This document shows positions 1-9,749 of a stretch of DNA of 64,000 nucleotides, in pieces. The position numbers were made by a program, and so were the translations under genes. Position 1 is the stretch's first letter, and each line of letters starts with the position of its first letter. The notes under the pieces were generated by a model, which saw only the letters and a list, made by a program, of their open reading frames with translations, had not been told where the DNA came from and ran no database searches. Source of the DNA: Synechococcus sp. (lineage in GTDB: Bacteria > Cyanobacteriota > Cyanobacteriia > PCC-6307 > Cyanobiaceae); NCBI GenBank assembly GCA_047285805.1, contig JBJBCN010000002.1, positions 1,152,001-1,216,000 on the forward strand. Direction: 5' to 3'.

Positions 1-53
1 GGCAATGGCGGATTTCCTGGCGAAACTCCCAACAGAAGTTGAGCGCGAGCGCT

Positions 54-1082
54 ATGCAGCAGTCCATTCGCCTGAGCCTCTCCCTCACTGGTGCAGCTGC
101 TTTGGCACTGGCATCAATGCCGCAGGTGAGCGCAAAGCCTGCAGTGGTGGCGCAAGGGAGCGCGGAAGACCTTGGAGTGATGAGCATCCGCCTCAAGGAT
201 GTGGTGAAACCGCAGGTTGGTGTTCAAGGTCAAACCCAAGCGGCTGGCACCCCGAATGAGGCAGGCATTGGCGGTTTTATGCCGCTGGTGGTGGGAGAGA
301 ACAGCGTCTTCTTTGCTGATGTGCTGGCGAATGCGAACTTCGCGGACTGGGGCAACAGCAGCAGCATCATCAATACCAAGGTGGCGGGTCCCACCATCAG
401 CACGTCATCCAGGCTTGGGTATCGCTGGCTGAATGGTGACCGCAGTTGGATGTTTGGTGTCAACGGTGGGTATGACACCCGACCGATGGCAACGGGTGAT
501 GCCGATACAGGTGTTGCGGTCTCTGGTCAGCGGACAGTCTTTTTCCAGCAGGCAGCGTTTGGCTTGGAGGCAGTGAATGATGACTGGAGCTTCAATGCCT
601 ATGGATTAATACCAACTGGAACAACGGAATACAGGTTGAATAGTGCTTACAACGGGGGAGCACTGGATACGTATGGGTTTGATGCGGGCTACAGCATCAC
701 GCCAGAGTGGAAGCTGAGTGTTGGCTATTACTACCAGAATGGCGACCTCAATACAGCTGATGGCTCAGGCGTGCTGGGGCGACTGGCTTACAGCATCAAT
801 GAGGGAGTAACGGTTGGCACCAATCTGTCTTATGACAGCGCGTTTAAGTCACGCTTCTCAGCTGACATTAAGTGGCGGTTCAATACGGCAGGAATTTCGC
901 AAAGCGAGAAGCAGAAGAAAGCGTGGGAGAAGCCAACGATTAAGGCATTAACTGAGAGCGTGAAGAATAGGGATGTACGGGTGCACGATACGACCTGGTG
1001 TAATACCCCAGGCGGGGAACCGGGAATATTAGTAACTACCCCTGGAGACGGGAAGTCTGTGTGTGTCACGATTACGCCCTAA
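54..1082 (+). CDS. Inverse autotransporter (intimin/invasin-like) beta-barrel domain protein with short Cys-containing C-terminal tail
   Basis: Signal peptide (LSLTGAAALALASMPQVSA); amphipathic strands with SRLGYRWL...FGVNGGYD and FFQQAAFGLE motifs typical of the picocyanobacterial inverse-autotransporter barrel family; ATG at 54 preferred over TTG at 39. Confidence 0.75.
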   Translation: MQQSIRLSLSLTGAAALALASMPQVSAKPAVVAQGSAEDLGVMSIRLKDVVKPQVGVQGQTQAAGTPNEAGIGGFMPLVVGENSVFFADVLANANFADWGNSSSIINTKVAGPTISTSSRLGYRWLNGDRSWMFGVNGGYDTRPMATGDADTGVAVSGQRTVFFQQAAFGLEAVNDDWSFNAYGLIPTGTTEYRLNSAYNGGALDTYGFDAGYSITPEWKLSVGYYYQNGDLNTADGSGVLGRLAYSINEGVTVGTNLSYDSAFKSRFSADIKWRFNTAGISQSEKQKKAWEKPTIKALTESVKNRDVRVHDTTWCNTPGGEPGILVTTPGDGKSVCVTITP

Positions 1083-1111
1083 TGTAGGGTGAGCCTAACC
1101 ACCCAACGCCC

Positions 1112-1140
1112 AAAGCCCCTGTAACCGCAGGGGCTTTTTA
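1112..1140. terminator. Rho-independent terminator, probably bidirectional
   Basis: AAAGCCCCTG-taaccg-CAGGGGCTTT followed by a T-run; lies between convergent genes. Confidence 0.85.
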
Positions 1141-1278
1141 TTTCTTCAGTCACACCAAGAAGCCAGCAAATCAGCATCCAATACCTGGCACTGTCGTCAT
1201 CAACGCAACCTGATGACAGACCCATAAGGGCACTGAATAGAAGTTGCCTCAGGATAAAAAGTCAGCTGTGGGTAGTCG

Positions 1279-2370
1279 TTACACGTTGAAGAGGAACTCC
1301 ATCACGTCGCCTTCTTCAACGACGTACTCCTTCCCTTCAGCGCGAAGCCATCCTCTGTTGCGCGCTTCTGCGAGAGAACCGGCTTCAAGCAGCTGCTTGT
1401 ATCCAATGGTTTGCGCGCGAATAAAGCCGCGTTCAAAGTCCGTGTGTATTACACCGGCGGCCTGGGGAGCAGTCATGCCAGCGTTGATCGTCCAGGCCCG
1501 GGTTTCCTTCTCACCGGTCGTGAAATAGGTGCGCAGACCCAGCAGGTTGTAGGTAGCACGAATTAGGCTTTGCAGACCACCCTCTTCGACTCCTAATCCA
1601 TCCAGGAATTCCGCGCGATCCTCTTCCGGCAGCTCAATCAATTCGGCCTCCACCTGCGCAGAAATCCGGACCGTTCCTGCGCCCTCTTTCTCGGCAAGCA
1701 CGGCCACTTCCTCGCAGTAGAGATTGCCGCTGGAGAGGTCGTCTTCACTGACGTTGGTGGCGTAGATGATCGGCTTAGCCGTCAGCAAACCCAAGGGTTT
1801 GATCATCACGGCCTCGTCATCCGTGAGGCTGACGCTGCGGGCGGAACCTCCCTGCTCAAGCACCGCCTGAATGCGCTCGAGGACCTCGTCCTCCACCTGT
1901 GCTTCCTTGCTGGTGCGCACCTGCTTCTTCAGACGCTCCCGGCGCTTCTCTACCTGGGAGAGATCCGCCAGACCCAGTTCCAGATTGATCACTTCGGCAT
2001 CGCGAGCCGGGCCGACAGAGCCACTGACGTGGATGACCTCGTCGTTCTCAAAGCAACGAACGACATGAACGATGGCGTCCACCTCACGAATATTCGCCAG
2101 GAACTTGTTCCCCAGTCCTTCCCCTTGGCTGGCGCCCTTAACCAGGCCGGCGATATCGACGAACTCCACCCGAGTGGGGATCAGCTCTTTGCTGCTGCTC
2201 AAATCCGAGAGCTGCTGCAGCCTGGGATCCGGAACTGCGACCACACCGGAGTTCGGCTCAATGGTGCAAAAGGGGTAGTTGGCAGCTTCAGCCTGGGCGT
2301 TGGCCACCAAGGCGTTGAAGAGAGTCGACTTGCCCACATTGGGCAGCCCCACGATTCCGGCTTTAAGCAT
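1279..2370 (-). CDS. ychF: Redox-regulated ATPase YchF
   Basis: GIVGLPNVGKST, NYPFCTIEPN, DIAGLVKGAS, APQAAGVIHTDF. Confidence 0.97.
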   Translation of the reverse strand: MLKAGIVGLPNVGKSTLFNALVANAQAEAANYPFCTIEPNSGVVAVPDPRLQQLSDLSSSKELIPTRVEFVDIAGLVKGASQGEGLGNKFLANIREVDAIVHVVRCFENDEVIHVSGSVGPARDAEVINLELGLADLSQVEKRRERLKKQVRTSKEAQVEDEVLERIQAVLEQGGSARSVSLTDDEAVMIKPLGLLTAKPIIYATNVSEDDLSSGNLYCEEVAVLAEKEGAGTVRISAQVEAELIELPEEDRAEFLDGLGVEEGGLQSLIRATYNLLGLRTYFTTGEKETRAWTINAGMTAPQAAGVIHTDFERGFIRAQTIGYKQLLEAGSLAEARNRGWLRAEGKEYVVEEGDVMEFLFNV

Positions 2371-2485
2371 CGATGGAATCTACGGTTAGACCCCTATGAC
2401 GGTGATCCGTCCCTAGCCGAACCCCCACCAGCTCCCCACTGCCAGGAAGACTGGTGAGACACCAGGAGCCAAACAGGTCAGCGCG

Positions 2486-3685
2486 ATGCTCCAACAACCC
2501 CGTCGCAAACAACCTGTTGTTACCTGGCTGCAAGGCAACACCTTGAGCCTCAAACGCCTCGCCAGCGTTCGCCCCTGGCTGGGGCGGCGCCGCTTCTGGT
2601 CTGCGGCCCTAGCCGGGACCGTCGCGATTGCCGGCGGTGCAACCGCCCTGAACCTCAGCCGCAGCGCCAAGCAGGCCCGCAGCCTGAGCGCCTATACCGC
2701 AGTCGCCCAAGAGGGATCGCTGCCAGGGCTCGTCACCGCCAGCGGTGAGCTTGAGGCTTTCCGGCTCGTCAACGTCAGCCCCAAACGCCAAGGGGTCCTC
2801 AAAACCCTCTACGTAGAGGAGGGCGACAGCGTTCGGGCCGGTCAGGCCCTTGCCTTGATGGATGGCGGTGACCTGACAGACCGGCTGGAAGAGCTGTCCG
2901 CTCAACTGCAATCGGCCAAAGCGCAACTCGCCCGTAGCCAAAGCGAACTCCAACGCCGGGAGAACCTTGTCCGCAACGGTGCCATCAGCCAGGACAACTA
3001 CAACAGCGCGAAGGCGACTTATCTGGTGGACCGCGCCGCCGTGGATGCCGCCCAGCAACGCCTCGAGCAGCGCGAGATGGAGCGCAGTGAATTGATCGTT
3101 CGCGCCCCCTTCGCCGGGATTATTACCGCACGGTTCGCCGACCCCGGGGCCTACGTGACCCCCACCACCTCGGCGTCAGCTTCCGCCGGTGCCAGCAGCT
3201 CCTCCATTGTCGAGCTCGCCCAAGGGCTCGAAGCGGTCGCCAAGGTTCCCGAGAGCGACATCGGCAGGATCAAGCTCGGGCAAACCGGCTCGGTGCGGGT
3301 CGACGCCTTTCCCGATCGACGCTTCAAAGCCCAGGTGCGTCAGATCGCACCGCGGGCGGCCAAGCTCAACAACGTCACTTCCTTTGAGGTCACCCTGAAG
3401 TTCGTCGAGCAGGCGTTTGAATTGCGCATTGGCATGACTGCTGACATCGACTTCAACACCGGCGATCTGCCCCCGCGCACCCTGGTACCTACCGTGGCGG
3501 TCGTCACCGAGCGCGGAAAGCCCGGGGTGCTTCTGGTGGGCCCCGGCAACCAGCCGAAGTTCCAAGCCGTCACCCTGGGTGCCAGCAGCGGCCGCAACAC
3601 CCAAATACTGGATGGCCTCCAGACTGGGACGCGAGTGTTCATCGACCTCCCCCCCTGGGCGAAGCGCAACAGCGATTCGAACTAA
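2486..3685 (+). CDS. Efflux transporter periplasmic adaptor subunit (HlyD/MacA family)
   Basis: N-terminal TM, VEEGDSVRAGQ lipoyl half-motif, coiled-coil hairpin, IVRAPFAG, LRIGMTAD; exact start uncertain. Confidence 0.9.
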   Translation: MLQQPRRKQPVVTWLQGNTLSLKRLASVRPWLGRRRFWSAALAGTVAIAGGATALNLSRSAKQARSLSAYTAVAQEGSLPGLVTASGELEAFRLVNVSPKRQGVLKTLYVEEGDSVRAGQALALMDGGDLTDRLEELSAQLQSAKAQLARSQSELQRRENLVRNGAISQDNYNSAKATYLVDRAAVDAAQQRLEQREMERSELIVRAPFAGIITARFADPGAYVTPTTSASASAGASSSSIVELAQGLEAVAKVPESDIGRIKLGQTGSVRVDAFPDRRFKAQVRQIAPRAAKLNNVTSFEVTLKFVEQAFELRIGMTADIDFNTGDLPPRTLVPTVAVVTERGKPGVLLVGPGNQPKFQAVTLGASSGRNTQILDGLQTGTRVFIDLPPWAKRNSDSN

Positions 3686-3689
3686 GTCA

Positions 3690-4820
3690 CTAGGCCGCCG
3701 CGTGGCGGCGCTCGTTGAGGAAGCTACGGCAGGCATCCAGGATGCGAGTGCTGGCCTGGCCATCCCCAAACGGGTTGTGGGCCCGCGCCATTTCCTCGTA
3801 GGCCTCAGCGTTATCCAGCAAAACGGCGGCCTCCCGAAGGATGTCGGCGGAGTCCGTTCCAATCAACTTGGCTGTGCCAGCGTCCACGGCCTCGGGCCGT
3901 TCGGTGGTGCGCCGGAGCACCAGGACTGGCTTGCCAAGGGCCGGAGCCTCCTCCTGAAGACCGCCTGAATCGGTCAGAAGAAGCGTCGAGCCATGCATAG
4001 CGGCCACCAGGCGGTCGTAATCCAGGGGCTCCGTTAGGAAGGCCCGCGGATGATCACCCAGCAGCACCTGCAGAGGTTCCCGCACGGTGGGATTGCGGTG
4101 CAAGGGCAGCAGCAAGGCCGTATCGGGGTAGCGCTCCAGCACAGCCAAGAAGCCCTTGCCGATCTCCTGCAGCCGCTCGCCCCAGTTCTCGCGACGATGA
4201 ACGGTCGCCAGGATCACCCGCTGCTTCTCAAAGTCCAAACCCGAGAGCTCAAAGGGCGGAGCCTTTTTCGCCATCAACAGGAGGGCGTCGATCACGGTGT
4301 TGCCGGTCGTGATGGTCTCACCGACCACGCCAGAGGCCGCCAAGTTGCGGGCCGACACGTGGGTCGGGGCGAAGTGCAGCAGGGCAACCTGGGAGATGAG
4401 ACGTCGGTTGGCCTCCTCGGGGTAGGGATCAAAGATGTTGTCGGTGCGCAGTCCGGCCTCCACATGGCCGACGGGGATCTGCTTGTAAAACGCCGCCAAC
4501 GCCGATGCGAAGGCCGTTGTGGTGTCCCCCTGAACCAAGACCAACTCTGGGGGGAACTGCTCAAACTCCGCCTTCAATCCTTGCAGCGCTCCACAGGTGA
4601 TGTGGGTCAGGGTCTGCTTGGGCGCCATCAAGGCCAGGTCGTGATCAGCCTGCAGGTCAAACAGGTCCATCACCTGGGTCACCATCTCCCGGTGTTGGCC
4701 GGTGAGCACCACACGAGTGTTGAAGTCATCGGACTGCTGGAAAGCCTGGATGACCGGAGCAAGCTTGATCGCCTCCGGACGTGTGCCCAACACGATGCAG
4801 ACGTTGTGGGGAGCGCTCAC
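3690..4820 (-). CDS. wecB: UDP-N-acetylglucosamine 2-epimerase (non-hydrolysing)
   Basis: GTRPEAIKLAP, VQGDTTT, HVEAGLRT, TDSGGLQEEA, NPFGDG; GTG start at 4820. Confidence 0.95.
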   Translation of the reverse strand: MSAPHNVCIVLGTRPEAIKLAPVIQAFQQSDDFNTRVVLTGQHREMVTQVMDLFDLQADHDLALMAPKQTLTHITCGALQGLKAEFEQFPPELVLVQGDTTTAFASALAAFYKQIPVGHVEAGLRTDNIFDPYPEEANRRLISQVALLHFAPTHVSARNLAASGVVGETITTGNTVIDALLLMAKKAPPFELSGLDFEKQRVILATVHRRENWGERLQEIGKGFLAVLERYPDTALLLPLHRNPTVREPLQVLLGDHPRAFLTEPLDYDRLVAAMHGSTLLLTDSGGLQEEAPALGKPVLVLRRTTERPEAVDAGTAKLIGTDSADILREAAVLLDNAEAYEEMARAHNPFGDGQASTRILDACRSFLNERRHAAA

Positions 4821-4919
4821 TCGAGGGGCAACGGGCTGTCGCTTGGATCCTAAAGATGGCGGGCAGAAAAGCGGCTCACCCTTCGCTTTGCCGCAACAGT
4901 GGCGGCAAAGCGAGCAACA

Positions 4920-5361
4920 GTTCGCCCTTCCCGATCGGGCTGATTCCAAACCGGGAGCGCGCCCCCAAGACAATTGCCATCCCGGAACCACAAGAGCTGG
5001 ATGGTTCCCTGCAAGGCCGCCAACCCAGTTCGCTCAAGGGCATGGTCAAGCTCGCCGCACCCTGGCAGAGAGCCTGCTGGAGGTCATCGCCCGGGGGCTC
5101 ATCAAAACCACCCACGGCAAAAGGGCCGCTCTTCACGACATCTTGATCAACAACGACGCCTGCAAGGAATACATCGAGAGTGGTGAGCTCGAGGGGATCG
5201 AGTCGATCATGTCCCGCAGCAGTTTTGACGGCATGCAAACCGCCAACCAATCCCTCATGGCAGTGGTCAAACAGGGCCGTGTAGCGGGTGAGACGGCCCA
5301 GGTCGAAAGCCTCAAGGCCAATGAGCTAGCCCAAGCTCTACGTGCTAAGGAATCGATTTAG
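4920..5361 (+). pseudogene. pilT: Remnant of PilT/PilU-family twitching motility ATPase (C-terminal ~100 aa, no Walker motifs)
   Basis: From about 5053: RRTLAESLLEVIARGLIKTTHGKRAALHDILINNDACKEYI...DGMQTANQSL..., which resembles the PilT C-terminal region; no in-frame start or P-loop; 5' boundary approximate. Confidence 0.75.
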
Positions 5362-5371
5362 CCCCGAGGGC

Positions 5372-5554
5372 TCAAACCTTGCCGGCCAGGCGGGCGATCA
5401 AGAGGACGCTCAAACCAACGGAGAGGCCAACCATCGCCATCCGGCCGTTCCAGATCTCAGCCTGGGGCGTGAAGCCACGCTTCCACTGGTTCAGCTCTTC
5501 AGGAGCCGCTTCAACCACTTGATCCTGGGTGGGAGCGGGTTCTGCAGTGGCCAT
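5372..5554 (-). CDS. hli: High light inducible protein (HLIP)
   Basis: GFTPQAEIWNGRMAMVG chlorophyll-binding motif followed by a TM helix. Confidence 0.93.
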   Translation of the reverse strand: MATAEPAPTQDQVVEAAPEELNQWKRGFTPQAEIWNGRMAMVGLSVGLSVLLIARLAGKV

Positions 5555-5590
5555 TACCTCTGCTCACTAAGTCCAGTCACCCTACGAACC

Positions 5591-6658
5591 TCAGAAGGGT
5601 GGCTGGGGTTCATAAAGAACCGGTGCCTCCTCGAGGGGCAAGCGGGGGGTCACGGCCAACCGGATTGAGCTTTGGCCGCCAGCTCTGAAGCGCTCCTCAG
5701 CGGCCACGCCAATCATCGCGGCGTTGTCGGTGCAATACGCCAAAGGCGCCACCCGCCAGTCCAGTTGCAGGGCTTGGCAGCGCTCCTGCAAACGGTCCCG
5801 CAAGCGACGGTTCGCTGCGACGCCACCCACCATGACGATGGTCTTCAAGCATTGGTCGCGGGCGCAGCGGGTAGTGCGCTCCACCAACACATCCACTACC
5901 ACCTGCTCAAAGCTGGCTGCCACATCGGCCAAGGGGAAGGGCTCTCCGCCACCTGCCTCCGCCGCCCGGAGGTGATTCACCAGGCGGAGAACCGCTGTTT
6001 TCAAGCCGCTGAAGCTGAAGTCGTAAGGGTGAAAGCCTCCCTCCGGAAGGGACACACGTCCCTTCGGCAAGGGAAAACGCTTGGGATCACCGGTAGCGGC
6101 AGCGGTCTGAACAGCCGGACCACCTGGATACCCCAGCCCGAGCAGACGGGCCACCTTGTCGAAGGCCTCTCCGGCCGCGTCATCGCGGCTACGGGCCAAG
6201 CGGCTGTAAGCGCCGGGCCCATCCACGCGAATCATCTCGGTGTGCCCGCCACTGACCAGCAAGACCAGATATGGGCCTAAGGGCAACGGATCCCCCAACT
6301 GCACGGAACAGAGGTGACCCTCCAGATGATGAACACCCACAAAGGGTTTGCCATGGAGACGAGCCAAGCTTCTACCGGTCACTGATCCCACAAGCAGCGC
6401 ACCGACCAACCCAGGGGCGGCCGTGGCCGCAATGGCATCCAGCTCGGCGTAGCTCACCCCACTTTCGGCCATCACCTGCTCAATCAGATGGGGCAGCGCT
6501 TCTACATGGCGCCTGGAGGCGATTTCCGGGACGACACCACCCCAGCGGGCGTGCTCTTCGATCTGGGTCGCGATGGCACTGGCCAAGACCGTTTGATCGC
6601 GCACAACAGCAGCTGCTGACTCGTCACAACTTGTTTCGAGCGCCAGCAACGTGGGCAT
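5591..6658 (-). CDS. tsaD: tRNA N6-adenosine threonylcarbamoyltransferase
   Basis: [50 protein letters not shown]. Confidence 0.97.
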   Translation of the reverse strand: MPTLLALETSCDESAAAVVRDQTVLASAIATQIEEHARWGGVVPEIASRRHVEALPHLIEQVMAESGVSYAELDAIAATAAPGLVGALLVGSVTGRSLARLHGKPFVGVHHLEGHLCSVQLGDPLPLGPYLVLLVSGGHTEMIRVDGPGAYSRLARSRDDAAGEAFDKVARLLGLGYPGGPAVQTAAATGDPKRFPLPKGRVSLPEGGFHPYDFSFSGLKTAVLRLVNHLRAAEAGGGEPFPLADVAASFEQVVVDVLVERTTRCARDQCLKTIVMVGGVAANRRLRDRLQERCQALQLDWRVAPLAYCTDNAAMIGVAAEERFRAGGQSSIRLAVTPRLPLEEAPVLYEPQPPF

Positions 6659-6723
6659 GAGTTCTGGAGGACTCTCTTACTGTCCGTAAGTGACATCCTG
6701 CCGTGCAGCAGCTGGACCTGACG

Positions 6724-7203
6724 ATGCGCCGCCTTTTTGCAGTTCTCATTTCTGCCCTGCTGATTTTCGGCTTCGCCCCCGTGGCGAAAGCTGATATCGC
6801 AGGCCTGACCCCCTGCGCTGAAAGCGCACGATTCCAATCCCGTGCCGCCGCGGCCGCCACTCCACAGGCGAAGGCGCGGTTCGAAATGTACAGCCAGGCC
6901 TCCTGCGGCGCTGATGGCCTTCCCCACCTGATTGTGGATGGTCGCCTCAGCCACGCTGGTGACTTCATCATCCCCGGCATCGCCTTCCTCTACATCGCTG
7001 GTTGCATCGGCTGGGCCGGTCGCAACTACCTGATGGCCATCCGCGGTAGCAAGGATGCAGCCATGAAGGAAATCCAGATCGACCTGTCTCTGGCCTTCAA
7101 GAGCACCCTGGCCGCGGCCAGCTGGCCCATCGCTGCTTTCTCTGAATACAGCGGCGGCAAGCTGACCGAATCCGAAGACAAGATCACCGTTTCCCCTCGC
7201 TGA
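6724..7203 (+). CDS. psaF: Photosystem I subunit III
   Basis: Signal peptide, ADIAGLTPC, CGADGLPHLIVDG, FLYIAGCIGWAGR, ITVSPR end. Confidence 0.97.
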   Translation: MRRLFAVLISALLIFGFAPVAKADIAGLTPCAESARFQSRAAAAATPQAKARFEMYSQASCGADGLPHLIVDGRLSHAGDFIIPGIAFLYIAGCIGWAGRNYLMAIRGSKDAAMKEIQIDLSLAFKSTLAAASWPIAAFSEYSGGKLTESEDKITVSPR

Positions 7204-7242
7204 TCGCGGCGGGTTACATCCACTCTTTCAACGTCTTTTCCG

Positions 7243-7359
7243 ATGAAAAAGTTTCTGACCACCGCTCCGGTCTTCGCCGCGATCTGGTTCACCGTCACCG
7301 CCGGCATCCTGATCGAATTCAACCGCTTCTATCCCGATCTCCTCTTCCACCCGATGTGA
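7243..7359 (+). CDS. psaJ: Photosystem I subunit IX
   Basis: Translated by hand (below the ORF-track cutoff): [38 protein letters not shown]; directly after psaF. Confidence 0.97.
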   Translation: MKKFLTTAPVFAAIWFTVTAGILIEFNRFYPDLLFHPM

Positions 7360-7374
7360 TCGGAAGACGCCACA

Positions 7375-7403
7375 GAAAAGGCCCCCTTTCGGGGGTCTTT
7401 TTT
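7375..7403. terminator. Bidirectional rho-independent terminator
   Basis: GAAAAGGCCCCC-tttc-GGGGGTCTTTTTT between convergent psaJ and gmk. Confidence 0.88.
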
Positions 7404-7424
7404 ATTGGAAACCGATGTGGCGCT

Positions 7425-7994
7425 TTAGTGCAGTCTCATCAACTGCTCCAACTGCTGCAGAGCCTCCGCCAAGTCGCCGTTGACGATCACCGCGTCAAAT
7501 TCAGAGGCGGCCTGCAATTCCACCTTGGCCCTTTCCAAACGCTTGGCTATGGCCTCCTCGCTGTCGGTGCCCCGACCGCGGATCCTTCGCTCGAGCTCCT
7601 CAAAGGAGGGGGGCTCGATAAAGATCTGCACGCCGCTGGGAAAGTTGCGGCGCACCTGACGCGCCCCCTCCAGCTCGATCTCCAGCAGAACCGGACGCCC
7701 AGCTTGAAGCTGTGCCTCCACAGGTTCGCGCGGGGTGCCGTAGCAGTTACCGGCGAATTCGGCCCACTCGAGCAAGCCGCCCTGAGCCACCTTGGCGTCG
7801 AAGTCGGATCGCTGCAGAAAGAAGTAGCTCTGCCCATCGACTTCACCGCTGCGAGGAGCGCGGGTGGTCGCTGAAATCGAGAGCCAGATGTCCGGATGAC
7901 GCTCCAACAGCGCGCTCACCAGAGTCCCCTTGCCCACTCCACTGGGGCCCGTGATCAGGAACAACCTGCCGCTGGAGGAGGGCGCTTCCGCCAT
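7425..7994 (-). CDS. gmk: Guanylate kinase
   Basis: [28 protein letters not shown]. Confidence 0.97.
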   Translation of the reverse strand: MAEAPSSSGRLFLITGPSGVGKGTLVSALLERHPDIWLSISATTRAPRSGEVDGQSYFFLQRSDFDAKVAQGGLLEWAEFAGNCYGTPREPVEAQLQAGRPVLLEIELEGARQVRRNFPSGVQIFIEPPSFEELERRIRGRGTDSEEAIAKRLERAKVELQAASEFDAVIVNGDLAEALQQLEQLMRLH

Positions 7995-8053
7995 GGGGAC
8001 TCAACCGTGGAAATGCAGAGTAAGAGTGCCTCCGCCGCGAACCCGCGCAGACC

Positions 8054-9745
8054 ATGGCCGCCCAGCACCTCCAGGCCATGGACCTCACCAGCCTGCGGGC
8101 CGTGCTCGCGGAGCTCAGGCCCCAACTCGTCCCCAGTCGCTTTGAGAAAGCGCAGCAGGCAGATGGGCAAAGCATTCATTTGGGGTTCCGCACCTTGGAA
8201 CGGCGGCTCTGGCTCGAGTTGAGCTGGCTGGCTGAAGCTCCCCGGTTGCTGAAAATCCCGGCGCCCCCCAAGCAGGGGGATGGCAGCACCCTCGCCCAAC
8301 AGCTTCAGCACGGACTTAGTGGACTCGCCCTGACCGACCTCCGGCAAGAGGGCTGGGAGCGCGTGGTGGAGCTGGACTTCGCCCCGAGGCCCTCCGAGCC
8401 ACCCCAACGAAGCCTGGTCCTGGAATTAATGGGCCGCCACAGCAACTTGTTCCTGCTCGATCAGGACCGCAGGGTCGTGGCCGTGGCCCGGCAGGTGCGT
8501 GAGAACCAATCGCGCCTGCGCCCCATCAGCACTGGCGACATCTACCTGCCGCCCCCACCCATGGGCGGCCGTTGCCCCAGCCGGGAGGAAAGCTTCGAGG
8601 ATTGGAAGGGGGAACTGCAGCTGCTCCCCCTTCCCCTGAAACGCGCGCTGCCCAGTAGCTATCAAGGCATCAGCCCAGCCCTGGCGCGGCAATTAGTGGC
8701 CGGGCTCGGTGATGACCTGCTCAGCCAACCCGTCCAGGACCTGAGCGACACCAGCTGGCAACAGCTCTGGCAGCGCTGGCAGCAGTGGCTCGATGCGTTG
8801 GAGGAGGAACGCTTTGGCTTCCGACTGGATGAAGACGGGGGCTACTGCTGCTGGGCAACCGGCGTCCCAACCACCAGCCTCAATGCCGAGCTGGCGGCCT
8901 ATCACCAAGGGCGCCTGCTGACCAGAACCTTCAGCCAGCGGCAGCAGGCCCTCAAGCAGCGCCTCGAGCGGGCCCTGGAGCGTGAGCGCCAGCAACAGCA
9001 GCACCAACGGTCGCTCCTCGATCAAGTCGAAAGCAGCGATGGCCTCCAGGAGCAGGCCGACACCCTGCTCTGCCAAGCCAACCCAAGCCGAGAGACGATC
9101 AACGAGGCCCAGAAGCTCTACAAAAAAGCCCGGCGCTTGCGGCGCTCCGTCGCCTCAATCACCCCCAGGCTGGCCCAGCACCAACAGCAGATTGATCAGC
9201 TCGAGGGCAGCCTGACCTTTCTGGAGTTGATCCAACTGGAATGCGAGCGGGACCCGCACAGCGGGCTTCAGCAGCTCAAAGCGCTCGAGGAGGACAGTGA
9301 GCTGCTCTGGCAACGCCAACCCACGAACCGCAAGGAACGCCGGCGGTCGCAGGGGGATCCATCCCCCTTGACCCTGACCAGTTTGAGGGGCCTCACGATC
9401 CAGGTCGGACGGAACCACCGCCAGAACGAATGGATCAGCCTGCAGCAGTCACGCAAGGGGGATCTCTGGTTTCATGCCCAGGAGTGCCCCGGAAGTCACG
9501 TGGTGCTGAAAAGTTCGGCCGCTCCAGCGGAGGAGAGTGACCTGCAGGCGGCGGCCAGCCTGGCGGCCTACTTCAGCCGTGCTCGAGGCAACAACCAAGT
9601 CGCCGTGGTGATGACCCCCTGCGAGCAGCTGCAACGCATCCCTGGAGCCGGCCCAGGGACCGTGCGGCACCGGGGCGGAGAGGTCCTCTGGGCCAACCCC
9701 GAGGGCGCCGCAGCGCTACTGCGCGGCAAACCCTTTAGCCTCTAG
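8054..9745 (+). CDS. NFACT family protein (RqcH/FbpA-like)
   Basis: ELMGRHSNL, YQGISP, C-terminal VGRNHRQNE...WFHAQECPGSHV NFACT-R motif. Confidence 0.9.
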   Translation: MAAQHLQAMDLTSLRAVLAELRPQLVPSRFEKAQQADGQSIHLGFRTLERRLWLELSWLAEAPRLLKIPAPPKQGDGSTLAQQLQHGLSGLALTDLRQEGWERVVELDFAPRPSEPPQRSLVLELMGRHSNLFLLDQDRRVVAVARQVRENQSRLRPISTGDIYLPPPPMGGRCPSREESFEDWKGELQLLPLPLKRALPSSYQGISPALARQLVAGLGDDLLSQPVQDLSDTSWQQLWQRWQQWLDALEEERFGFRLDEDGGYCCWATGVPTTSLNAELAAYHQGRLLTRTFSQRQQALKQRLERALERERQQQQHQRSLLDQVESSDGLQEQADTLLCQANPSRETINEAQKLYKKARRLRRSVASITPRLAQHQQQIDQLEGSLTFLELIQLECERDPHSGLQQLKALEEDSELLWQRQPTNRKERRRSQGDPSPLTLTSLRGLTIQVGRNHRQNEWISLQQSRKGDLWFHAQECPGSHVVLKSSAAPAEESDLQAAASLAAYFSRARGNNQVAVVMTPCEQLQRIPGAGPGTVRHRGGEVLWANPEGAAALLRGKPFSL

Positions 9746-9749
9746 TGCA

